From an uncultured Planctomycetales bacterium (GTDB lineage Bacteria > Omnitrophota > Gorgyraeia > Zapsychrales > JANLHA01): a stretch of DNA of 64,000 bases. Below the pieces are notes generated by a model. The model did not search any database. It saw only the letters and a program-made list of their open reading frames with translations, and had not been told where the DNA came from. Below are positions 19,811-28,330 of this stretch, piece by piece. The stretch spans positions 74,672 through 138,671 of the forward strand of contig CAZAXH010000007.1 in assembly GCA_964489065.1 (NCBI GenBank), written 5' to 3'. The translations under genes and the position numbers were made by a program. Every line of letters starts with the position of its first letter. Within the stretch, counting starts at the first letter, position 1.

Positions 19811-19969
19811 TCACACAGCATCAAAATAGGATTTTCCGGCCCCGCACTTCGGACAAACCCATGTGTCAGGCAAATCTTCAAAAGGTGTTCCCGGCGGGAT
19901 ATTCTGCTCCGGGTCGCCCAAGGCCGGGTCATATTCATATTCACAAATTGTGCAAACGTATTTTTTCAT
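19811..19969 (-). CDS. rub: rubredoxin (52 aa; below the ORF-track length cutoff)
   Basis: Hand-translated: [52 protein letters not shown]; two CxxC(G) knuckles. Confidence 0.9.
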   Translation of the reverse strand: MKKYVCTICEYEYDPALGDPEQNIPPGTPFEDLPDTWVCPKCGAGKSYFDAV

Positions 19970-20451
19970 AAGGCCCTCACTTTGTGTTAACTTACCAGAA
20001 TTATAAACGACACACTAGGAATTTCTCTGTTTTTTCCGCGCTACCGCACACCCGCGACAACCCGCCCCCAAAGGATGCTTCACGGCAGGGCACAAAAATA
20101 ACGGCCGTCGATGTCCCCCAAAAAGATAACACCCATGCGACATTATTCCTCAATATTAATCCCGTTTTTTAATGTTGTGGTTCTTATTCAATAAGCATTG
20201 AGTTTAGACAACCCAAGGGAGTGTAAACCCAAAACACGAATTGATCCTGAGCGAGTAAGCCAAACGAGCGAGTCAAAGGATGTTGGTTTAATACCCCACC
20301 GCTTGTTGCGGTTCGTTGAGTCCAGAGCTTGCGCTGGGGTTCAGACCGTTGATTTTCTTTTTTATTATACACGACCTCCTAGAATATTTAAGGGAAATAT
20401 TTAGTATTCATAAGAAAACGAGGTAAAATTTAAAAAGTCGGAGTAAAACGC

Positions 20452-20853
20452 ATGAATACCACGGATACCGGTTTAGATCGGATTAAAATGGCCTTATTCC
20501 TGATTCTCTCTTTTCTTTTAGGCCTGCTCACCTACCAGGTCATCTCCGAAGTTAAATCCGCTTCGGATGACGTGCTCGCCCAGGTTATTTTGAGAAAAAT
20601 TTCTGGGGCCCTCGAGGACTACCACCAAAGTCACGGGATTTATCCGCGCCGTATTGATCAATTGATGATGGAAGAATACCCTTATAAGATAGGAGCTTAC
20701 TTTACGGGCGTTCACCACGGCTTTCGTTATACCTGTGAACTCTCGGAAGATCATTATACAATCTCCGCTCATCCGGACGATGCCCCAGAAGGGGCCGGTA
20801 TCACATACAACATTAAAAACGGCGGAGAATTATTTGCGGTGAATCCTCTTTAA
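20452..20853 (+). CDS. hypothetical N-terminally anchored protein
   Basis: 133 aa; single N-terminal TM (MALFLILSFLLGLLTY) then soluble domain; GGAG RBS. Confidence 0.4.
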   Translation: MNTTDTGLDRIKMALFLILSFLLGLLTYQVISEVKSASDDVLAQVILRKISGALEDYHQSHGIYPRRIDQLMMEEYPYKIGAYFTGVHHGFRYTCELSEDHYTISAHPDDAPEGAGITYNIKNGGELFAVNPL

Positions 20854-20883
20854 AAAAACCCTATTCCCTCGGAGGCCGTCGTT

Positions 20884-21285
20884 ATGAACCAATCCCACAG
20901 GTCACAAAGAAGCGTCTTCAATAAAAATCCCCACGAGAAACGAGTTCTTCAAGTCGTTTTCTTGCTGTCCACTCTTCCCGTCTTCCTTATTATTTTGCTC
21001 TTTTTCGCCCTCTTCAGCGACTTAATCTACAACTATATCCACACCGATCTGTGCCAACACTTCATAGACCGGGTGTTCATGTTGTGCGCGCTGATCCTGC
21101 TGTATTATATAATATTTGCCCGATTAATTTTCCGGCTTGTCCACCGGATGTTCGGCGCTTATGAGAGAATTCTCCGTGAGTTGGACAGCATGCTGACCGG
21201 AGGAGAACGCCACCCCATTCACTTGCGAAAAAACGATTTTGGGCAGGACATATTGGAAAGGATCAATAAGCTTATCCAAAACTGA
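20884..21285 (+). CDS. hypothetical membrane protein
   Basis: 133 aa; two TM segments, C-terminal amphipathic helix. Confidence 0.4.
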   Translation: MNQSHRSQRSVFNKNPHEKRVLQVVFLLSTLPVFLIILLFFALFSDLIYNYIHTDLCQHFIDRVFMLCALILLYYIIFARLIFRLVHRMFGAYERILRELDSMLTGGERHPIHLRKNDFGQDILERINKLIQN

Positions 21286-21346
21286 CCAAAACAGCCTGGC
21301 CGCCCACAACGCCCCTCCTTTTATAAGACGGCACCAAATTCCGGTG

Positions 21347-22651
21347 CTAAAAATTCGCTTTATACTTTATAAAAATTTTGTCTGCCGTCTGACGCTGGGG
21401 CTCCTGAGCGGACGTATCCGCCGGGGATATCTCATTAACAAACTGCCGTTCTGCCCCCACAGATATTTTGTCGCTCACCTTAACTTCCCCCCCGACTTTT
21501 TGCGTTGTCGTCTCTTCGCCTGGGGCCATTTTGGTCTGCTCCACCGCATAAGTCGCGTCAATTTTCTCTGAAATAGATTTCGTGACCCCGATACCCTGGG
21601 TGTCTTTCTCAAGGGTTACGGAAAAATCTTTAACTCCTAATTTCTTCGCCAGCTGAGCGCCTGCCCCGCCCAGCAAAAAATAGTCCATAAAATCCTTGGC
21701 CGTGTCCGTGGTGATACGCCCGTTATTCAAATCAGTGGCTGTCGCCTTCCATCCTTTTCCCGTGGCCAGCATCACCAGCAGCTGCTGCTCAGGTAACGGA
21801 GGGGTTGAAGACAGCATAATTTCGGGCTGCTTTAATGTACCGGCGCATACGAGCTTTATGTTAACCCCCTCGACAACAGCGCGGCCTTTAATATCCAGGG
21901 CGGGATTATCCACCTCCGCCATAAAACGGATAACGCTTTCTTCCAGATGAATCTCCGCAGTCTTCTGGGCCGAAATTGTCCCATCATGAATCAGGACCAT
22001 CCCGCTCACAGACGGGGTCCCGCTCAAAGCAAGGGGAAATTCTAAATCGAAGCTCCAATGGCTGCTATCCATCCGGGCCATCCGGTTAGCCAGCTTCTGA
22101 ACAAAAATTTTCCCGGTCAGCCTCGGGCTGGAGATAGAGCCGGAGCCGACAATATCCACCGGCCCGATATCCCCCTCCAGAGACCGCAAGAAAACATGCT
22201 CCAGGCTTATTGATTCAACATCTCTAAAACTTACATATTTTGAAAAAATATTGAGGTTAAGCAGTCCGCCCGAAATCTCTCCCTGAATCAGGAGAGGGTC
22301 GGAGGATGGCAAAAAAAGTCGCGCCTGCTCTATCCGGGCATTGACTCCATTAAAATTTAAGGCCGTAAAAGAAACCGAAGTGGATTTGATCTTCAAAACA
22401 GAGCCAACAGGCAAATAGGGCAGGTCTTTAATCTCAATATCCGTATAATAGACCTGATCACGCATGGTGCCGGATATCTCTTCAATCACAACATCCCCGT
22501 CGTTAAAAAAATGCTCCAACGACCTTCGGGTGAGGACCTTCGCACCCCAGGTTGTGCCGAAAAGCGCAAACAGCCATCCCACGACGAGTCCTCCCCCAAT
22601 AATAAAGGTCATCCTCCATAAGCGGATACCGCCTTTTAACAACACTAGCAA
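21347..22651 (-). CDS. TamB/AsmA-like envelope protein (DUF490-type C-terminus)
   Basis: N-terminal TM, beta-rich body, C-terminal ...KIFIKYKANF aromatic terminus. Confidence 0.45.
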   Translation of the reverse strand: MLVLLKGGIRLWRMTFIIGGGLVVGWLFALFGTTWGAKVLTRRSLEHFFNDGDVVIEEISGTMRDQVYYTDIEIKDLPYLPVGSVLKIKSTSVSFTALNFNGVNARIEQARLFLPSSDPLLIQGEISGGLLNLNIFSKYVSFRDVESISLEHVFLRSLEGDIGPVDIVGSGSISSPRLTGKIFVQKLANRMARMDSSHWSFDLEFPLALSGTPSVSGMVLIHDGTISAQKTAEIHLEESVIRFMAEVDNPALDIKGRAVVEGVNIKLVCAGTLKQPEIMLSSTPPLPEQQLLVMLATGKGWKATATDLNNGRITTDTAKDFMDYFLLGGAGAQLAKKLGVKDFSVTLEKDTQGIGVTKSISEKIDATYAVEQTKMAPGEETTTQKVGGEVKVSDKISVGAERQFVNEISPADTSAQEPQRQTADKIFIKYKANF

Positions 22652-22733
22652 CCCCCTTCCAAATGGCTATGTCATGGGAAGCATCTTACGATGCGCAGAA
22701 AAACAACGGCGGAAGCCGGAGCGGTGGTTCCTA

Positions 22734-23486
22734 TCAGGAATCAGTTTTCGAGGAACTCCCGATCCGGTTAATCACATTGACAACGTCATCCAGGGAAAAC
22801 GGCTTTTTTAATGAGAAGTTAGCCTCGTCCCCGGTCTTAGAAAGAATATTCGCGAACTTCTCATCCGATGCGGTGAATAAAATGATTTTGGTCTGCGGAG
22901 AAAATTTCCGGCATTCATCATACAGTTCGAATCCGCTCATGCCCGGGAGGATAATATCAACAAAACAGATGTCATAACGTTCCACCCGGAGGGAAGCCAA
23001 CGCTTCCTCGGCATCACGAACAGCGGACACGGAATATTTCGGATCGGCATTCAATTTAAGAAACAGCGTCCGAAACATGACATCGTCATCCACCACCAAA
23101 ATCTTCAGAGGCACATCCAAGGCCGCTTCCACATTCTGGGCAATAATATTTTTGATCTCTTCAATATGAAACGGCTTTTTAAGGCACGTGATAGCGCCTT
23201 CCTTAAGGGCCGCGGACAATCGTTCGTCTTCAGCATAGCCCGTAATAATGATAACGCAGACGTCCGGCTGGATTTTTTTAAGCGCCCGCAGAGTGTCCAA
23301 TCCGTCCATCCCCGGCATTTTCATATCCAGAAACACAATATCAAATTTTTGCCCCCTCGCCACTTCGACAGCCTCTTCCCCGGTCCCGACCCCTACCGCA
23401 TGATGCATTTTAGAAAGAAACCGCACGAGCAGGGACTGGATGGCCTCTTCGTCATCAACAACAAGAATATTAAATTTTTTAGCCAT
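22734..23486 (-). CDS. tandem receiver-domain response regulator (REC-REC)
   Basis: ILVVDDEE..FDIVFLDMKMPGMDG..LKKPF and ILVVDDD..YDICFVDIILPGMSG..LKKPF. Confidence 0.85.
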   Translation of the reverse strand: MAKKFNILVVDDEEAIQSLLVRFLSKMHHAVGVGTGEEAVEVARGQKFDIVFLDMKMPGMDGLDTLRALKKIQPDVCVIIITGYAEDERLSAALKEGAITCLKKPFHIEEIKNIIAQNVEAALDVPLKILVVDDDVMFRTLFLKLNADPKYSVSAVRDAEEALASLRVERYDICFVDIILPGMSGFELYDECRKFSPQTKIILFTASDEKFANILSKTGDEANFSLKKPFSLDDVVNVINRIGSSSKTDS

Positions 23487-23601
23487 GGTTCATGCTCCTA
23501 ACGGCTGGATGCCCCGGGGCAAACCAGCCAAATTGAATAACCCACCTTTTTATTTAGCACACATTTAAGATTCAAGATAGCAAAAAAATTTTTTTATAAT
23601 T

Positions 23602-24444
23602 TTATAAAACCTTACCATCAGCCGCCGCAGAATATCCGGGGCTCGCATAACAGTACAAACACCCGTGGCGGCATACCGATGTGTAGCTGCCGATATCAAC
23701 GCTTTGAGTACAGTGACACTGGGGCCGCTGGCCGAGATCCCTGGCGTTCGAGCACTTTTCTGAAAACAGTTCCTGCAAATATGCGCCATCAATACATCTG
23801 CCGACGGCAACATTTTCAATCCCGTCCAAGCCGCTCTGGCTGCACGCGAAAAGCCCGATGCCGCAAGCGCGGGCAATCTGTCCGAGCCGGGCCGCCGTTT
23901 CCCGTTTCCGCTCTAAAGGCGGGTCATACAGAGGGATTCCGGCCACCCGAGTTCTCATAATGGTCTTACGGTAATGTGTGCAAAACGAAAAAGTGCACCG
24001 GAGGACTCCGATCCGGGCCATTTTCTCCGCGATATACGCGAACCGTCCGGTATTGTCTTTTCGCCCCTCCTCCCAAAAAACCACCGGATCAAAACGCCAG
24101 GTCAGGCACGCCGGGCCAAAACATTCAGCCAACGCCTGCGCCTGGGCCAGCCTTTCCTGAAGGCCAGGGATATTCGGTTCCAATTCCGGGCAGTCATTTA
24201 AAGTAAAATGAAAAAACAAACGGTACTCTTTAAAGACATTTTTGCGTTTTAAAAAATGATGAAAATTTTTTGACCAAAGGACTAAAGAATGGACATGGTC
24301 AGGATGAAGGTTAACGCATTTTCTAAGCCCGCGAGGCGTAACGATCTCGGCCGATCTCATCTGAAGACAATCTATCAGCCAAGGCAAATAAAAAGCGGGG
24401 ATATCAGTCCGGCGGGAAGCGGAAATAACAGTTTTCATGACCAT
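23602..24444 (-). CDS. DUF1848-like protein (Cys-rich C-terminus)
   Basis: N-terminal ISASRRTDIPAFY motif recalled for DUF1848; C-terminal CxC...CxxxC...CLYC cysteines. Confidence 0.45.
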   Translation of the reverse strand: MVMKTVISASRRTDIPAFYLPWLIDCLQMRSAEIVTPRGLRKCVNLHPDHVHSLVLWSKNFHHFLKRKNVFKEYRLFFHFTLNDCPELEPNIPGLQERLAQAQALAECFGPACLTWRFDPVVFWEEGRKDNTGRFAYIAEKMARIGVLRCTFSFCTHYRKTIMRTRVAGIPLYDPPLERKRETAARLGQIARACGIGLFACSQSGLDGIENVAVGRCIDGAYLQELFSEKCSNARDLGQRPQCHCTQSVDIGSYTSVCRHGCLYCYASPGYSAAADGKVL

Positions 24445-24503
24445 TCTTTAAAACAGCCGCAGGGAAGACAAGCTCTTCCCCCCTAAAAAAACGGGTCTCT
24501 TTC

Positions 24504-24809
24504 TTAGATGTCACGGCGGCCAAACGGTTTTCTCAAATCAGACAAATTCCGCTGGTCTTTAAGCCGGTCCTGACGGCTTTGTAAAAGCAACTTTTGCTGC
24601 TCCATGATGATTTTAGCTCTTTCCGACGACCGTTCGGCGATTGGCCGGCCGAGAAAATCTATGGTAGGCCCTTTGGAAGAAGTCTTATAAGCGCCGGCGT
24701 TAAAAAAATAAAGAAAAAGGTACAAAAGCAAGGAAACCACAAGCAAGACCAAAAGATAGGGCAAGAATTCATCAAAAAAATCCGATTCATTATAATTCGG
24801 CATGGTCAT
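24504..24809 (-). CDS. small hypothetical single-TM protein
   Basis: 101 aa; LPYLLVLLVVSLLLYLFLYFF TM then charged coiled-coil tail. Confidence 0.3.
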   Translation of the reverse strand: MTMPNYNESDFFDEFLPYLLVLLVVSLLLYLFLYFFNAGAYKTSSKGPTIDFLGRPIAERSSERAKIIMEQQKLLLQSRQDRLKDQRNLSDLRKPFGRRDI

Positions 24810-24909
24810 GTCCTTTTCTTTAAGAAACTGAATCCCGTTCCGCTCTCAAAAATAAGCCCCGGTATCACATCTTTATTATACCGGTATCCGGCATCCCTGT
24901 CTAATAAGT

Positions 24910-25530
24910 TTATTCCCCCGGAGAAAATTCAGGCCGTTGTTTATGCCGAAGCCTGTCCATCCTCTCCTGGATCTGTTCCCTAATTCCGGGATAATTTGAT
25001 TTCACAAAATCAAGGGCCTTTTGATAAGCCGCGGCGGCTTCTTCCGTCCTCCCCAGATTTTCCAAGGAAAACCCCAAATTTTCGTACGTCACGGCACGCC
25101 GGGGGTCAAGAGATAAGGCCTTAGAAAAAAGGGTAATAGCTTCTGAATAATGCCCAAGCTGCGACAGCAACCACCCTTTATTATGATAAATATTCGGGTA
25201 ATCCGGCTCCACACTGATCCCTTTATCAAAAAACAACAAGGCCTCCTGAATCATGCCTAATTCAGTCAGGCATAAGGCCATATCATTAAAGGCCGCCCCA
25301 TCTTTTGTGTTAACAGAAACAGCCCGGGACAGGGAGATAATCGCCTGCGTGTAATCCTGATCCAGCATTTCCAATTGGGCCCTGAAATAGAACAGCTCCG
25401 CGAGGTTTTCCTGCTTTTCAGCGAGATGCAAAGCCAGATCAGCGATTTTTTCCGCCAACGGCAAATCCTGAAAAGTCAGCGCTTCATCTAATTGTATACG
25501 GTATTCGAGCAGGATATTCTCTGAACTCAT
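24910..25530 (-). CDS. TPR-repeat protein
   Basis: ORF trimmed to ATG 25530 (GAGGA RBS); repeated A..Y..AL..P TPR helices. Confidence 0.6.
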   Translation of the reverse strand: MSSENILLEYRIQLDEALTFQDLPLAEKIADLALHLAEKQENLAELFYFRAQLEMLDQDYTQAIISLSRAVSVNTKDGAAFNDMALCLTELGMIQEALLFFDKGISVEPDYPNIYHNKGWLLSQLGHYSEAITLFSKALSLDPRRAVTYENLGFSLENLGRTEEAAAAYQKALDFVKSNYPGIREQIQERMDRLRHKQRPEFSPGE

Positions 25531-25690
25531 AGCGGCATCATCCTCATAATAGGTCGCGGCCCTTCGACATCCTTTCCTCACGACATTTTTTATTATACCG
25601 GGATAACCGGTTAAAGTACAGAGTAAATCCCGGGCAGAGGAGGAGGCATGAGCGCGAGCGGCCCTCCCCAAGGTGGAAAAGAGGCCCCGG

Positions 25691-26221
25691 TTAAAACGCC
25701 TTCCGCAAACGATTGATCTTACTCTGGACATAATGCGAAAAAAAGCCGGCATAACGCTGCTGCAGGGCGGAATTCTTCCAGTCTTGAGTCGTCACAATTT
25801 TACGGCAATGGGGCGCCCCGCAATGACATTGAAAAGAATACTCGTCAAGATCCGCGTCGGTCATCACATAGTCATAGGTGACCTCCTCCCCCGGCTGGAT
25901 GTCCCGCAGGGCGACGAAAAGCAAATGCCCCTGCATACCGGCGTTAGGATCACAGCTATGGTTAAAATAATCATCATCTTCCAAAGTGCCGTCCTTGCTG
26001 CCTATGATAAAAAAGCCGTCCGCTACCGCGATAATATAGTTTTCGATTCCCGGGAAACTCGTTTCAGACAGTTCCTGCACTTCCTGCGATGAAATAATAT
26101 ATCCGCCCCAAATCGAAATCAGCTCCCCGGCTAAAATTTTCTCAACGGCAAAAACGCCCTTCCGGTCAATCCCGGAACTGCGGACTTCCACTTTTTTCGA
26201 CATATACGAATGATCCAGCAT
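25691..26221 (-). CDS. SET-domain protein (putative protein-lysine methyltransferase)
   Basis: ..GVFA.., NHSCDPN and post-SET CHCGAPHCR motifs. Confidence 0.8.
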   Translation of the reverse strand: MLDHSYMSKKVEVRSSGIDRKGVFAVEKILAGELISIWGGYIISSQEVQELSETSFPGIENYIIAVADGFFIIGSKDGTLEDDDYFNHSCDPNAGMQGHLLFVALRDIQPGEEVTYDYVMTDADLDEYSFQCHCGAPHCRKIVTTQDWKNSALQQRYAGFFSHYVQSKINRLRKAF

Positions 26222-26222
26222 C

Positions 26223-27248
26223 TCACAAACCTTTCTCGATACGGGTTATTTTAACGCCTCTGGCCTTGAGACCTTTCACCAGCGCGGACAGGACCGCCTG
26301 GTCCGCGCATAAATCTTCCAGGAACACCAGGCCCGCCTGAGGAATTTTCTTTTCCAAAAACAACTGTCCCATGACAACGGCCACCGAAGCCGTCATCATC
26401 TGCATGGAGTTCAACGGCCCGGATGGACGGGAAGAACTTTTTAAAACCCAAGAAATCTCTGCCTTCCGGGTACGGGCCCTCACTTCGGCCAACGTATAAT
26501 TCGATTCTTTCCGGGCTTCTAAAATTTTCTTAGACAACAAAAGGTTCTCCCCTTCCAGGGACCCCATCCCTTCCAAAAAAAGAAAAAAATCACGGAACCC
26601 CCGGGGACGCACAACCCGGCAGACCAGCGTCTTGACCTTCACCTGATCCAAAATATTCTCAAAACCGCTCGCGCAATAATAACTCTCGGCTTTAATGCGT
26701 CCGTAATTTTCTTCCCGATAGCCGGCAAAAGGAGGGTACTTCCTTTTGCGTCCGGAGATCATTTGAAAAGATGGGATACGATGTTCGTTGATCAGGTCTT
26801 CAAAACACCAGAGAAAAGGGAAATAATGGTCCCGGTCAGACAAGGAACCGGCTAAAATCTCAACATCCTTGACCTGTCCGGACAAGGTCTTAATTTCCCG
26901 CGCCAGTAAAAAATTAACGATCCCGGGGCAAAGCCCGCATCCCGGCATCACGAGAATTCCTTTCTCAGAAATGGCTTTCCGGTGCCGGAGATAAAATGGC
27001 GGGTCGATATCAGAGATATCCAGAAACGGCACCCGGTATTTCAGGGCTAACTTGAGCCCTTTTTCCCCCAGTTCCCCGGGCAAAGCCCCTACAAGCAAAT
27101 GGCTCCCCTGTAAAGAACGTTCGTCGGCAAGAAAATCGACGCGGCCGATTCCGGGCGTCCTTTCAAAATAAAAGCGCACCGCCTGGCCGATCCGTCCGTC
27201 TCCTAAGACGGAAACATGATATCCTTTTCCCATGCTTAAAGCTGCCAT
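26223..27248 (-). CDS. saccharopine-dehydrogenase-like NAD(P)-binding oxidoreductase
   Basis: N-terminal VLGDGRIG Rossmann motif; family also contains carboxy(nor)spermidine dehydrogenase; adjacent to speE. Confidence 0.45.
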   Translation of the reverse strand: MAALSMGKGYHVSVLGDGRIGQAVRFYFERTPGIGRVDFLADERSLQGSHLLVGALPGELGEKGLKLALKYRVPFLDISDIDPPFYLRHRKAISEKGILVMPGCGLCPGIVNFLLAREIKTLSGQVKDVEILAGSLSDRDHYFPFLWCFEDLINEHRIPSFQMISGRKRKYPPFAGYREENYGRIKAESYYCASGFENILDQVKVKTLVCRVVRPRGFRDFFLFLEGMGSLEGENLLLSKKILEARKESNYTLAEVRARTRKAEISWVLKSSSRPSGPLNSMQMMTASVAVVMGQLFLEKKIPQAGLVFLEDLCADQAVLSALVKGLKARGVKITRIEKGL

Positions 27249-28123
27249 AACCGGGGCATCACCAAGCTCGCGCTGTGGACCTCGGGACTATAATATTTTA
27301 AAGTTTTGGCTTTCCCCCCCAAACGCGCCTTAAGCCGTTGCTCAATAGCCGAAGTCTTGATTTTCTTAAGGTCTGTCTGTTTGGAAGCCGCCATAAAACA
27401 GTATTCTGAACCGCAGCTGTATGACGGCATGCAAAGCCGGACCGGATGAATGCTGGAAAAAAGTTTCCTAAGCTTTTTAGCGCTGTCTTCAACAAAAAGG
27501 TCAAAGTCTAAGAACGGCCCAAGCTGGAACATGGCAATCCCGTCTTTTTTCAAAGCCGCGTACAGTTTCTTATAAAAATCCAGTCCGAATAAAACTTGAC
27601 CGGGCCCGATCGGGTCCGTGCAGTCCACGATAATGACGTCAAAATAGTCTGCATACTGCCCAATAAACTTAATCCCGTCCTCAAAAAAGAGCTTCAGGCG
27701 TTTGTCGGCAAAACTTCCCGCGGAAACAAACGGGAGATACTTTTTAGAAATATCGACGACCCCCTGATCCAAATCAACCATGACAATCTCCTTGACGGGG
27801 TGTTTGCTGATTTCCCTAAGCGTCCCCCCGTCTCCTCCCCCGATAATGAGAATACGCTCCGCCTGACGGTGAGACAAAAGCGGGACGTGCACTATCATCT
27901 CATGATAGATAAACTCATCACATTCCGACAACTGGACTATGCCGTCCAGCGTCATGATCCGCCCGAACCCGAGGCTTCTGAATATATATATGTCCTGAAA
28001 CTGCGTTTTCCCTTTGTAGATCTCCTCTTCAATCCGGAACCCGTCCCTTTTACATCTGCGAATTCCTGGGAAGGTGGTTTCAAAAAACCACTCTTTCGTG
28101 TTGAAAGAAATCAGATTCTCCAT
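27236..28123 (-). CDS. speE: spermidine synthase (polyamine aminopropyltransferase)
   Basis: Trimmed to ATG 28123 (AGGAG RBS); ..ILIIGGGDGGTLREI..VMVDLD..IIVDCTDPIGP.. Confidence 0.8.
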   Translation of the reverse strand: MENLISFNTKEWFFETTFPGIRRCKRDGFRIEEEIYKGKTQFQDIYIFRSLGFGRIMTLDGIVQLSECDEFIYHEMIVHVPLLSHRQAERILIIGGGDGGTLREISKHPVKEIVMVDLDQGVVDISKKYLPFVSAGSFADKRLKLFFEDGIKFIGQYADYFDVIIVDCTDPIGPGQVLFGLDFYKKLYAALKKDGIAMFQLGPFLDFDLFVEDSAKKLRKLFSSIHPVRLCMPSYSCGSEYCFMAASKQTDLKKIKTSAIEQRLKARLGGKAKTLKYYSPEVHSASLVMPRLWQL

Positions 28124-28330
28124 TACCTCTTTCTCCTTCTTGTGTGGTATTATAAATTGTTTCAAAATCAACGCTTCGCGGGAGCCGTCCTCCAGACAGA
28201 CAAGGTCCGCGAAAAAATAATAATATCATAAATTAAAAGATAGACAACTATATTTTAACCCGTTCCTGGAGACTATTCCCAGGCTCATGCGACGCTTGGC
28301 CTCCCCGGGGTGGATTGACCGACACAGATC

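Noticed and set aside
20300-20325. GGTTCGTTGAGTCC motif resembling a tRNA T-arm
   Set aside because: No matching acceptor, D or anticodon stems could be built, and the T-stem complement is absent. It is not a tRNA.
27596-28231. 211-aa plus-strand ORF
   Set aside because: Antisense to the spermidine synthase gene, whose motifs are unambiguous. No start context.
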